NCBI RefSeq assembly: GCF_032191835.1
Contig: NC_083237.1
Location: 25,048,001-25,112,000 of the forward strand
Source of the DNA: Heteronotia binoei
Taxonomy: Eukaryota
Direction of reading: 5' to 3'
DNA: 64,000 bases
This document shows positions 13,801 through 25,677 of this stretch, piece by piece. Each line of letters opens with the position of its first letter. The stretch's first letter is position 1. A program made the position numbers and the translations under genes. The notes beneath the pieces are model-generated. The model was not told where the DNA came from. It searched no databases and was given only the letters and a program-made list of their open reading frames with translations.

Positions 13801-16800
13801 TTCCTTACTCACAGTTAAAGGGGTCATTTTGTAGAAAAATAGGTGGTAGAGCTCATCCAGGAATTCTTATGCAGCTGCACATACTATTCAATGGACAAGG
13901 AGTTGGAACTCTCAGAAGGAGGAGGTGGAACTCTCAGAAAGGTTCAGGAGCTGTGCTTCTGTGAGCTCCCACTGAATTTGAGGCCTGGTTTGAGTGCCAA
14001 CCTGCAACAATTTTTCTCTGAGTTTTCTCATGTCCTTGTTTTCCTGTGTTGCTTCTCTGTGCTTTCTCAAATCACCTTTGATCGAATTTGAGAAAGCACA
14101 GAGCAAGACAAACTGAAAACCAGAATGCAAAGAAACTCAGACAAAACCCTCTGCAGATTGACACCTAAATTGTGCGGGGAAAACTTTGTGTGAAAAGACC
14201 CAAATATAAAAATAAGTATACAAACAATTGTAGGCATTTCAGCTCACTCTGATATCTGAAATAGTTTCTTCTTCAAAGAATCTGGGATTTCTGGTTTATA
14301 ATAGACCTACCAGAGGTGTTGCTGGTATGACTAGTCCAATTGAGGTGGAGAGCCTCAAATGCCACGTTGGGAGCGACCACAAATCCCACCACCAGGAAGG
14401 AGGCAACAAAGTTCATCAAGATCAAGAACCGCAGGAAGCTGAAGTACGACTGGATCCCTGTTCCAAAGTGGCCTTTGGGGAGCAAAAAACAAGAGGTGAC
14501 AATGTTAGGACAGCCAGTGCAACCTGCCCCCCAGCCTGATTCTGTGGGGACAATTGAGCACCTCTCCTACCTTCAATGTGGCGCAGCGTGCTCTTCCACA
14601 TCACAGCGTATGACATCACCGCGCCCACCTGGCTCTTGAAGTGGCGTAGAGTCCGTCTTTTCCCCACGCGCCAGAGCTGCAAACCACTCAGCCTGTTGAC
14701 TGCCTGCTCCTGCAGTACCCTGAGGAAAACCCAAAAGTCTTGTGCATGCTTCAGAACATAAGAAGATCCCTGCTGGATCAGACCAGTGGTATTCCATCTA
14801 GTCCAGCATCCTGTCTCACACAATGGCCAGATAGTTCCTCTGGAGGTCCAACAACAGGGCAAAGAGGCTGAGGCCTTCCCGTGATGTTGCCTCCTGGCAC
14901 TGGTATTCAAAGTCTGACTGCCTCTGAACTTGGAAGTTCCTTTTAGTCACCATGGCAAATAGCCACAATAGGTCTATCAGTCTAGGTATCCACTGATAGA
15001 CCTATCCTCCACACTTGGACCTTTGCTTCTTGAAGGTTATTAAAGAGAGACCCACAGCTTTCCTTAACTTACAAAATCTCCCACAGAAACATGGCAGTGG
15101 AAGGTGTTATCAAGTCACAGGTGACTTATGGTGACCCCTTGTGGTTTTCAAGGGAAGAGACATTCAGAGGTGGTTTTGCTATTGCCTGCCTCTGTGTAGC
15201 AACCCTGATCTTTCTTGGTGGTCTCCCAGCCAAGTACTAACCAGGGCCAAATCCTGCTTAGCTTTCATGATCAGATGAAATTGGGCTAGCCTGGGTCATC
15301 CAGGTCGGGGCTCACAGAAACACACCAATTACGAGCCGGTGTTGGTGGAAGATAGTGCTTTGCTGATCAATCCACCCATTAAGAGAGATTGCACCTCCTT
15401 AGCAACCATCTATGTGTGCTCAGAAGTCAACTCACCTTTCAGAACCAGTTAATGGAGCCCCTGTTTTCTTCCCAGGTTTTGTTTCCCAGAATCCTTTGCC
15501 ACAAGGACACTCAAGAACCCCTGGATGAAGCTGCTCAATGATTTTAGATATCTATCCCCTTTACCCCCTCCTTGAGAACCCAGGCATCTTTTAAACCCCC
15601 TCCACCCCAAAAAAGAACCCAGCTGATACCTGAGCCTCCGTTTTTCCTCAAGGCAGAGGGGTAGCTCTCTCAGAGGTTTTCTGTCTTCTTCTTCCTCCCC
15701 CTCTACATAAGGTAGCACCTGTTCCTGGGGATCCACTGAGGGCTTCAGTGCCCCCTCCAAAGCCTCTCCCCAGGCCTCTGCCTTGTTGCCACGGAAACGC
15801 AGGGTCTGGTTGCTTGGTAGCTGGAGAAAGAGAGATGGGCTACGGCGACCCAGGCCAGACCCTGGAGAAAGGATGCAGAATGAGATTTGGTGCATACATG
15901 GGTCAGAGAGAAGCAGTCCACCTGATAACAAGTCCCCTGATATTAAAGGAGAGTCCATAAACCACAGTTTGTCACAGTCAGAGAGGATCACTTCATAAGA
16001 GTTTGAGAGCCAGTGTGATTTATTGGGATATTATCTGGGAGACCCACATTTGAATCCCTATGGAATCTCATTGGGCGATCTTGAGCCAGAAGTCAGCCTA
16101 ACCTACCTCACAGGGTTGTGAGTAGGCTTCCCAACCCCCCCCCCCCCGCCCTGGCGGGGGACTCCAGAATGTATAGCCTCCTCCCCCGGTCTCCAAAAGT
16201 CCAGAAGCGGGGGGAGGGGGGGAACTTCATGCCACTCTCCCGGAGAGAGCCTGCCTGATTCCCTGCACCCACCGAAGGCTCGGCACTGGAGTCCAGTCCT
16301 CACCCAGGCATGCTAAGCAAGAGCCGAAAAAGAAGGGAAGGGAGGGGGTGTGTGTGTGTGTCCTGTCCTGTTAGTAAGGAAGATTTGTAGAGGTGGTTGG
16401 TGTGTAAATAAACATTCCTTCCAGGCACAGAGAGAGGGAGATCTAGCAAACATTTTCTCATCACACAAACCTGCCCTGTGCCTTCACTGCAGAACAGAAA
16501 GGCATGAGGTGTTCTTGATGAGATTTTGAATGATGCATGAACTGATAAACTGCCTTGCCCTCAACCTGTCAGCAGCAACTTCTGCAGAACTTTGCAGTAG
16601 AATACTTATTGAGAACTTTTGGGGTTGTTTTGCCTTTAAGAAGAAAAGCCTCTCTTCCAGAACAGGAAGTGCAGTGGATGTGTGTGCAGGCAAGGAGTAG
16701 TCTTCTGACGCTGTTTTGCTCTGCGACTAAGGTGCTTTCTAAAGCTTGATTTTAAATGATTTAAGGTATCGGTTTAGAGTGCTTAAGTTTTCGTTTTATG

Positions 16801-19800
16801 TGCTTCTCAGCCGGGCTGGCTAAGCGCAGCCCCAGCCTTGTGTTCTTGTGGAGACTGTTTATTTTTTCATTGTCTTATCTGATTTATTGCCTCCTCTGCT
16901 TTTATTGCCCCATGTTCAGCTTAACTTTGGTATATGCTGGCCCGGGTGTCTGGAACATTCTGAAGAAATTTGTCTTAATTTTTAAAACCTTGCTAAAACT
17001 TTGAACCCAGTGGCACCTTTAAGACCAACAAAGTTTAATTCAAGGTATATTTTTTCATGTGCAAGCATACTTATTCAACTGATTTGCAGATTACAGAAGT
17101 CATTTTCACTTGAGAAAATGGGTGTTAAAACTAACCTATTTTTATTTGCTAGCATTGTTTAGCTGAGTTAATTATCCTGCTCTCCTTCCCCCCCCCCTTA
17201 AGATATAGCAGTTTTTTTATCACAACAAACACACCAAACAAACCAATCCTATAACGACTGTGGGGAGGGATTTTCCAGGTAAAGATCAGATAGTTTGACA
17301 GGAATTGTATTTTTTGTGAAAAGGAAGCAATATAGTTTATTGCATTATGAATATGTTGGTTCTAGATGACTTTTAAACATATTTTTGAGCAATGTTTCCT
17401 CTAAGCTGAGTTAGTGTGAGCTAGTTCAGTTTTTAGTTTCCAGCTCACACATTTTGGTCTTATCTCAGGAAAAATGGCCCCACATGAAACTAATTTATGC
17501 AGGAGCTCATGACTTCAATGCCAATAGCTTACAAAGTAGATTTTTTGCTCACATGACCCCACAGTTTAGAGGGAACATTGCTTCTGAGTCTCAGGTGTTC
17601 TAAATGCAGTACTGCAGATATTGTTTTGATATTGTGTTCTTTTCTAATCCCACTAAATGAAAAGATGAATAACTGATACTTGAAAGTATTTCCTGGAATT
17701 ATGGCATATCTCCAGATTACAAAGTCAATTTCTGCTGGAGAAAATGGATGCTTTGGAGGGTGGACTTTGGGAGCATTGTAATCCACTAAGTTCCGTGTCC
17801 TCCCCAGGCTCCACCTCCAAGTCTCCAGGAATACCCCAACCTGGAGCTGGCAACCCTACTCCTGCCTCTGGTCAGTGACAGGTCCTGGCAACCCTAGAGC
17901 TATTCTATTACATGATGGTAACCAGAGCTGCTTATTAGGATTTTTGGTAGGGGTGATATATGCAAACCTCCACTCCCAATTGCTAGACATAGAGGAGGAC
18001 ATAATATGCTCTAGTGTGCATATAAGAATTTTCTCTGCTGTGAATTATCTTAAGCTTCCAAATTGCCAAGTTCCTGAAGCATAAAGAGCTACAAATTCTT
18101 TTTTGTGGCAAAGAGAATGCAACTGAGAAATACCTGACCACAGAATTACCAGAGGTATAATAGAGCTACTTAGGCTTGTAATTGTGTTTGACCTGAGAAG
18201 ACAGCAGTAACTAAGTCTTACTAGGTTGGGAATGGCTTCCACTGTTTAAGAGGGAAGCCCATATCTGTTTTGAATTAAGTGACATTATTTAGCAAGCTTT
18301 CATCCAAATTTGTCAATTAGAATCTTATCATTTGAATTGAGTCTAGCACTAAAGTCTCTCTCTCCCCCCCCCCCTTTAGAATCAGGTGTACTGGAGTATC
18401 TAATAAAAGTTCTTCAATAAAAAATTCAGATTAATTACAGCACCTTGCTATATCTGATCATTTTTGCTGGGGAGGGATATATACATTTAGTATTAGAAGA
18501 GACCCCATTTTGAAGTGTAGGAGGATAGCCATTGCCCATGGGTTTGAATTTTTTAGATGGACACATTCAATTTAAGTGATGTAGAAATTAGGATTCCTAA
18601 ACCCCCATGAAGGGTTTTAGAGGTGGGGTTTGATGCAGTGTGCTGGAAGTGATATAGAGGAGTGAAGCTCAGGAAGTGACATCACTTGACCTTTGACTTG
18701 GAAGTGATGTCACTTCCTTGCTCCTGGCTCCACCCCCAAAGTCCCCAGATATTTCTTAAATTGGACTTGGCAACCCTAGTTGTGAGGATAAACTGGAGTA
18801 GGGGAGAACAATCTTTGGTCCCCCATGGGAGAGAAAAGCAGGTTATAGCTATCTAATTAATAAAGTGATTCAAAGAGAGTCATTATGCATTGCCACCTGC
18901 AGAGCTTCATGGTTGGGCAGGGATTCCAGGGCCCTGCTGGATCAGACCCAAGTTAATCCAGATGCCAGTAGGGGCTTCCTAAGTGCTTCTGGGGAGTTCC
19001 TGAGAGGGTGCAAAGACATGGACCTCCCCTTCCAGTTGCTTCTTAGCCATTGATATTCAGGGGCATAGCTTAACCAAGATACTTAAATCCAGAGACAGGA
19101 GGTGTGAACAAGGCAGATTTTCTGCAAACCAGAAAAGGATCCCAGTTTTGCAGAAAAATAAAAATAAAATACTTTGGGGGCTTTAAAAATTATAAAAGGA
19201 ATACCTGTAGCTTTAAGCAACAGATTCCCCTAGGCAACCACAGTATTCCAGGCTGGGTTCTGTCAGCAAATGGCAGGGAGAGGGCCTGGGGCCTCTCCCT
19301 GGCCTATTTTGGCCTTTGGAGGAGGATTTGTTAGGGCCAGGCCTGAGTTAGGGTTGCCAGCTCCAGGTTGGGAAGTTCCTGGAGATTTTGTGGTGGAGTC
19401 TGAGAAGGGCAGAGTTTGAAGAGAGGCAAGGCCTCAGCTGGATGTAATGCCATTTAGTCCACCCTTCAAAGCAGCCATTTTCTCCAGGGGGACAGATCTC
19501 TTTCATCTAGAGTTCAGTTGTGAGAGGAAACTCCAGGTCCCACCAGAAGGTTGGCAACCACAGGCCTGGCAGCATCCTAGGGTTGCCAAGTCCAATTCAA
19601 AAAATATCTGGGGACTTTGGGGGTGGAGCCAGGAGACATTAGGGGTGGAGCCAAGATCAAGGCTGTGACAAGCATAATTGCTCCAAAGGGAGTTCTGGCC
19701 ATCACATTTAAAGGGACTGCACACCTTTTCAATTCCTTCCTTCCATAGGAAATAATGAAGGCTAGGGGCACCTTCTTTTGGGGCTCATAAAATTGGACCC

Positions 19801-21594
19801 CATGGTCCAATCTTTTTGAAACTTGGGGGGTATTTTGGGGAAAGACACTAGATGCTATACTGAAAATCTGGTGCCTCTACCCCAAAAAACAACCCCCCAG
19901 AGCCCCAGATACACACGGATCAATTCTCCATGATTTTCTATGGGAATAAATCTCCATAGGGAATAATAGAGTTCCCAGCAGACATTTCCCTCCCCCACCC
20001 CGCTTTCTGACGACCCTGAAGCGGGGGGAGGGTCTCCAAACCGGGGGATCCCCTGCCCCCACCTGGGGATTGGCAACCCTACTTCTGTGACCTGACTTAC
20101 TACTGTTAAACAGCAGCCACCTTATGAAAGCCTGTGTGGTAAAGCGGTTAGAACTTCAGACTAGGGACTGGGGGACCAGATTCGAATCCCCATCTTGCTG
20201 TGGAAGCCTTCTGGTTCCATTGTGGGTCAAATTTCATTTAAATATTTATGCAACATTTGCACATACTCTAATACTGCTCATACAGCTATTGCCTTAAGCA
20301 GAACTTAGAACCAAAAATTATTTTAAAAGAACAATATTAATTCTTAATTTATTTGAATATTACACCTATGAATTTTGCCACAGAGAAGATGACAAAATCA
20401 TTTGTATCTAATAGTAGTCATGACACCTGGGCTCACACATTTAGCAATTCTGTATTTTTGAGTAAAGGGATGACTAGATTAGTCCTCACCTTGTTAAATG
20501 CAGGGCACTCCATAATCATGTTAAATAGTTTTGATTTTATCATATGAGTATCTACACTTTCTATTAGAGTACGATACTCCATTATATCTGCCCTCCAAAA
20601 CTGCTGAAGGAAGAGTATTCATTCTTGCCAAAGTAAAAGCTCTTCTTAGATTTGGGGCTGTCAATTGATTAAAAAAATATTTTGACAGTTGTATTGGGAG
20701 GCCAATTCCCAAACAGAGTGATGAGCAGGCCTTGTGTGCCCTAACAGACGGTGCATCTTTACACACTCTTTGTCTTATAATATATTCAGTATTTACATTC
20801 AATAGTCAATATTTAACTATTTATACTGTATTTAAATATTTATACTGCACTTTTCTCTCCAACGGGGACCCAAAGTGGCCTATAGTATCTTTCTCTGCTC
20901 CTCCATTTTATCCTCACAACAATCTTGCAAGGTAGGTTAGACTGAGAAAGTACATCTGGCTCTAAGTCCACCTAACAAGCTTCCAGGGCATAGTGTCTGC
21001 ATCTGTGTCGTCCAGATCCCAAGCCAGCACTTTAACACTACACCTTGCTGGTTCTTTTAAAGATTGTTTCTGTCTAGATCCTGTCATATTCTTACGCTCT
21101 CAATGACCACAGTTTATCTATGTTTATCCCACTCTTCCTTTAAATGTACATGTGTACACTTAAGGGAGGTGTACATGTAGACTTCCTTCTCTCATTTGAT
21201 TCTCACAACACTGTTAGGGAGGCTAGGCTCAGAGTAGGTCTAGGCCCAATGTTACCCAGTGAGCTCCACAGCACACTAGGGTTTGAACCTGTGTCTTTCC
21301 AGTCCCCTTACCTGTAATACCTACATTACACTGTGTGTCCCTTACCTTTGAGGGCAAGCCTCTTAATCCAAGGCCATTTTAATACCCACTATCCTGTGCG
21401 TTTGCTTCAAGCTCATAACTGGAACTGAGAAAATAATCTTGCCAAACAGCCGAAGGGTTCCAACAGACACAGCGGAATGAAACTGCTAGAAATCCTTGAC
21501 TCCAGCCAGTACCCCTAGAGGAGGAAGCTTACCCCACCCCCGTACCTGCTTCATTGCTCCTGGTCCCCAGACTCCTTTCCCGGCTGTCCTCCAT
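1853..21594 (-). CDS. TMC4: Transmembrane channel-like protein 4, 16 coding exons, 712 aa
   Basis: Exons (high to low): 21594-21546, 15861-15630, 14719-14571, 14472-14311, 13057-12972, 12878-12733, 12646-12499, 10672-10499, 10078-9915, 8915-8792, 7644-7547, 4684-4498, 3694-3564, 2903-2748, 2590-2512, 1906-1853. All GT-AG with compatible phases, total 2139 nt. TMC motifs: [63 protein letters not shown], terminal [17 protein letters not shown]. Exon 1 (gcc[12 protein letters not shown]...) is the least certain. Position between LENG1 and MBOAT7 matches known TMC4 synteny. Confidence 0.93.
5356..5653 (+). mobile_element. Sauria-SINE-like element
   Basis: tRNA-like head followed by GGCTCGAGGTTGACTCAGCCTTCCATCCTTCC...GGCAATGGCAAACCAC and a (TACCTT)n tail; near-identical partial copy at 13586-13805. 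Confidence 0.75.
5996..6267 (+). mobile_element. Gecko/squamate tRNA-derived SINE (GCCAGTTTGGTGTAGTGGTTAAG family)
   Basis: Same ~270-bp sequence recurs at 9516-9786 (+), 13322-13568 (+), ~30545-30795 (-), ~33850-34062 (-) and ~44570-44770 (+); Pol III A/B-box-like head and (TCT)n tail. Confidence 0.8.
6781..6991 (+). mobile_element. tRNA-head SINE with CR1-like 3' tail
   Basis: GGTGGCTCAGTGGTAGAGC...GGTTCAATCCCC head, tail ...GGCAGCTTCATATGTTCA; near-identical reverse copy at ~47815-48020 and partial at ~35440-35578. Confidence 0.75.
7087..7414. mobile_element. hAT (Charlie-like) MITE
   Basis: TIRs CA(A)GGGTGGCCAAAC / GTTTGGCCACCCCTG with a perfect 8-bp TSD AGCTAAAC (7079-7086, 7415-7422). 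Related copy at ~43770-44030. Confidence 0.85.
8520..8635 (+). mobile_element. 5S rRNA-derived repeat (5S pseudogene or SINE head)
   Basis: CAGATCTTGGAAGCCAAGCAAGG...TAGTACTTGGATGGGAGACC matches the 5S internal control region (boxes A, IE, C) with many substitutions. Related copies at ~6497-6660, ~12130-12290 (+) and ~15190-15310 (-). Confidence 0.7.
9516..9786 (+). mobile_element. Gecko/squamate tRNA-derived SINE, full length
   Basis: Highly similar to the 5996-6267 copy; preceded by a short duplicated head fragment (9497-9512). Confidence 0.8.
14755..15012 (-). mobile_element. CR1 LINE 3' end fragment
   Basis: AACATAAGAAGATCCCTGCTGGATCAGACCAGTGG...CCATCTAGTCCAGCATC is the reverse complement of a CR1-type 3' UTR and tail. 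Confidence 0.65.
19578..20081. mobile_element. Non-autonomous hAT-type element (TAGGGTTGCCA termini)
   Basis: Termini TAGGGTTGCCAA / TTGGCAACCCTA. Shorter relatives at ~7760-8180, 17770-17860, 18530-18780, 19350-19560, 22480-22690 and 38230-38450. No clean TSD for this copy. Confidence 0.65.
20340..20700 (-). mobile_element. Degenerate LINE ORF2 3' end, RTE-X-like
   Basis: Minus-strand translation [31 protein letters not shown] resembles the FTLAR...PSA..GRY....R.C motif of RTE-X C-termini; stops follow; AATAAA-type end near 20340. Confidence 0.55.
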
Positions 21595-21965
21595 GGCTAC
21601 AAATTAGTCTGTGGTCGTGCTATGTACTTCACCCCTTGTCAACAGCAAGAGGTGGAACAAGGAACAAGGAAGTGAGAAGGCACGGGCTGGCATGGATTAA
21701 TGATTTCTTCGGATGGTTTGCCCCAAAGACAAAGGCAGCTGCTTGGCAAAGAGTTGCAGGAACAGAGACTGAGATGCAGTTAACTTTCCAAAGTAGAGCT
21801 GCCCCTTGGACCTTCAAATTTTGAAAGAAAGCCTTTCCCTACCTTGTATAGCATCTGATCTGGGCTCGCCACCCATGAATACACAGCAGAGTGCTACAAG
21901 TGATCCATCTCCTCAGCAAGCGTTCCTGTATTATGCTGGTTTGCAAATACTTAATTGCTTTTCAT

Positions 21966-22152
21966 CAGGGCTTTTGGGTAGAAAACCCCAGCAGGAATTC
22001 ATTTGTATATTAGGCCACAGCCCTGATAATACCATTGTTCCGCACAGGCCTTTTTTTGGTAGAAAAAGCCCAGCAGGGACTCATTTGCATATTAGGCCAC
22101 ACCCCTGATGCCCAGCCAGCCGGAACTGCGTTCCTGCTCAAAAAAAGTCCTG
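21966..22152. mobile_element. hAT MITE (CAGGGCTTTT family)
   Basis: TIR CAGGGCTTTT / AAAAGTCCTG with a perfect 8-bp TSD CTTTTCAT (21958-21965, 22153-22160). Confidence 0.8.
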
Positions 22153-24509
22153 CTTTTCATACTTCATATATTCCTGTGTATGCTTGAAACATCTTAGAGG
22201 GCTGCCTCGAAACAGGAAGCACCCACAGTCCTCTGTGATAAAAGACGCGGATGCTCTAAATCATGGCATCTCCTCACAACTTTCCTGGCTCTGCCCACTA
22301 AGTGTTTATAGGAAGTGGGTGGAACTAGGTGAGGCTTTTGTTCAGCAAGGCTTCTGATTAATCATTAGAGAATTGATCAGCTGTGCAGTTTTTTGAAATG
22401 TCATTTTGGCAGCAGCCAGCACAGCATGAGGATCTTCCTTGTGTGACTGAAGGCAAATGGCAACAGCTGTTTTCGTGGCTGGCTTTGCCTCCTGCACTGG
22501 GAAATACCTGGAGATTTTGGGGCTGGAGTCTGCAGGGGCAGGGTTTGGGGAAGGAGGGGCCACAGCAGGGTACAGTGCCTAGAACCCACCCTCCCAAACA
22601 GCCATTTTCTACAGAACTGATCTTCCGTCATCTGGAGATCAATTCTAATACCAGCTCTCCATGCCCCACCTGAAGGCTGGCAACCCTGGCTGCACCTGTC
22701 ATGCTATATCACAACTCCAAAGGTACTTGCAGGCTCAAATAGGTTGAGGACTCCTGATCTAAATTAATGTACACATCCATGAAATATGCAACATAAACAG
22801 TGGTCTAGTTCCGCAGAGGCACTGGTTCAAGCCTTCTTGAAGGTGAGAATCTTGGGAACCTCCCAACTAGACCCATGCAGTTTCCATATCCCTGCGCCAC
22901 ACACACTTAAGCCTGAGGAGATTAGAGGCGTGAGATGTTCAGCATGATTTCAGTGACTTTGGCCCAGGCTGGTGACTCTGACTGAGCCAGGTCAGTGGAT
23001 CCAGGATCAGCCCGTTATCTTCGCATATTTTACTGCTTTGTGCTCGTCTAAATCAGGGGCATTGAACTCATTTGTTATGAAGGCCAGATCTGACATAAAT
23101 GAAACCTTGCTGGGCCAGGCCATGTGTGTACCTAGTTAAGATTAGCTAGGAGAGATATGAGCTTTTAAAAGGACACAAACACAAGATTTAAAAAAAAAAA
23201 CTTAAAATGAAACATGCTTAAAACATTAGCACTTGTTGGTCTTATAGGTGCTTTCATTGTATTTCTCCCAGGGGATCCCAGGAACTGGGCAAAGGAAGTT
23301 CTGTCTCTTCCCCTCCCTCCCCAGGAGACGGAGGCGCCTCAGCCAATGGAGAAAATCAAGGTTTTGCTCTGTAGCTTCTGTGTAATTAAGCAAGCCTTGT
23401 AAAGCAAGCTGAGATGCAAAACATAGTAGAGAGGGAGAAGGAAGCAGACAAGAGCCAGTTGCGTATTTGACACACTTGGTCTAAACTGTACTTTTGTGTT
23501 TCCTTGTGAGCTGCTCTGAGCCCGTGGTGGGTAGAAAAACCTAAACGATACTCTCAGCCACCAATTCACCAGACTCCCTTAGGTAGGCCACTTAAGACTT
23601 AGGGTGATTCAGGGGCTAGACTGCTGGACTAGGCCTGGAAAGGGCCAGGTTCTGGTCCCTGCTCAGATCATTCAGTGCCACTGAGCACTCTTTTCAGCCT
23701 AATCTACCTCGCAGGATTGTTGCTTACACAATGGGAGAAACAACTAATGCCATCCAGACCAAACTTGCTATTCTTTCAGTTTGTTAATTTCACTATTTTA
23801 CCATTGGATTCTAAATTTGTACTATTTTGCATGCTTAACCACTGCCCCACCAGCTACTCACGGTACCACATTTCGTCTGATGAAGTATACATGCTCCCAA
23901 AAGCTTACATTCTGAATGAAACTTTGTTGGTCTTAAAGGTGCCATTGGACTCCAACTTTGCTCTATTGCTTCATACAAACACGGCTGCCCACCTGGATCT
24001 ATGTACACCACTCTGAGATGAAGGATGGAGACATGATCCTCTCAGACGAAGTTTTTCTCCTGAGCAATAATGTTGTATATGGAATACTGAAGGTGCTGTC
24101 TGAAGCATTGCGCTGTTACTGCTCTGTGGAGAATCCAAGATCAGTTTGGCTTGCTTGGAACAGGAGCTGTAATGCTATTGCCAAAATGTGTACACAGACA
24201 GGATGGAGAAGGATCTGGGTTGGGTCACGTGACTGATACACAAACAGTGAACAATATCTTTCATAGCAAGTACAAAAGCTGAAATAGATGAGTGGAGTTG
24301 GTTGCGTTTTTCAGTGAAGGATTCTGGGATTAATATCAACACAAACTCACTTTCTATGGCAGCAACTGAGCAGCTTCAATCCAGTTGTTCACAAGGGGAA
24401 TGGGGATGGGGAGAGAGCCCCCATGGTTTTCAAGGCCACAGACTTATCCTTTAGTGCCCTCTACAGCATACATAGGGAACTGAGTTGAAAAGACAAGCAT
24501 TACCAAACT

Positions 24510-24515
24510 TTTATT
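24510..24515 (-). terminator. Candidate MBOAT7 polyadenylation signal
   Basis: TTTATT on + strand, ~1.17 kb downstream of the MBOAT7 stop. Confidence 0.45.
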
Positions 24516-25677
24516 TCTCATTCAAGTTCCCAACCCAGCTACAGTAGCCTTAGCTATGAAGTACGGTTGCAGTCAAGCCAGATCAGGTTTTCTTTAACTT
24601 CCTCAAGCTTCCATCCCCCCCAAGAGGGAAGCAAAAATGACGCCGATGATACAATTTTGTTTCTGTAACATAAACCCCCCCCCACTTTCAACGTCCACAA
24701 ACCGTATTCTGTCCAAGCCCCCACCCCAAGCATCACCTGCGCTTCTTTAATACTGAATTCTGCAGTCGAAGGCCCAAACCACCATGGCTCAGCTGTTACA
24801 GTTGCAGCGCTCGAACCAGTCTTTGGCAGTATGTGAAATTTCACTACAGTCCTCGTTCCCTTCTATGTCAATGAAAGGCAAGCCAGCTGTCCTCTTGCAG
24901 GGTCGGATGCATCAATGCAGCTCCCAGAACCTCACCCCTGCTTGGGGAGGGGTCATTGATTCAGGGCACAGAAAGGCCGACGGGGGTTTGTACAAGCCCA
25001 TTATGCCATGTAGTTGTCAACACTTGAGCTGTGGCTTTACCACCCCTCCCCCCCATTAGGTGACTGAACTTTACTGTTCACTCATGCCTACTCCCTCTCC
25101 AAAAACACACCTTCGGAGACTACAGCTGTAGAACGTGTATGTGTGTGTGCGTACGCACACATATATGTATATATAAAACACATGTTTTTTTAAAAAATAC
25201 CAGCCAGGAGCTTGGAAGAAGCAGGCAAGAATTAAGAGACCAGCTCATTCCTACAAGGTCCTGTCTTGCTCCTGGGTAAAAATGGCTTGAGGTTTGGGGA
25301 GGAAAGAAACAAAACCTTTTACAGCAGGCAGCTGTTAGGAGTCAGGACTGCTGGGTGCAGCGTAGAAGCCAAAAGATAAAATCTAACAGGCAAAAAGACT
25401 AGAAGGGAAGATTTTCCTGGGGAAAGAAGGATGCCTAGAGAGTTATTGCAGATGACAACTCTGTGTGTGTGTGTGTGTGTCAGGATTCTAGCAGGGGAGC
25501 AGGTGCTGAGAGGGCTGGTTTCCATTTAGGGACCTCTAATGCTGGTTTTCAACAGTGGGGAGAAGCAAAAACAAAAGAGAGAGTCTTGTGTCGCTTCCCC
25601 GGTCTCCAGGACTCCAGGGAGTGCCCCACCTTGTGGGCTTTGTCGACCTCTACTGGCCACCCCTTGCCTTGGCCCCA

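Noticed and set aside
13912-14130. 72-aa coiled-coil-looking ORF in a TMC4 intron
   Set aside because: Overlaps a hairpin and a MITE, has no usable splice sites, and TMC4 phases are complete without it.
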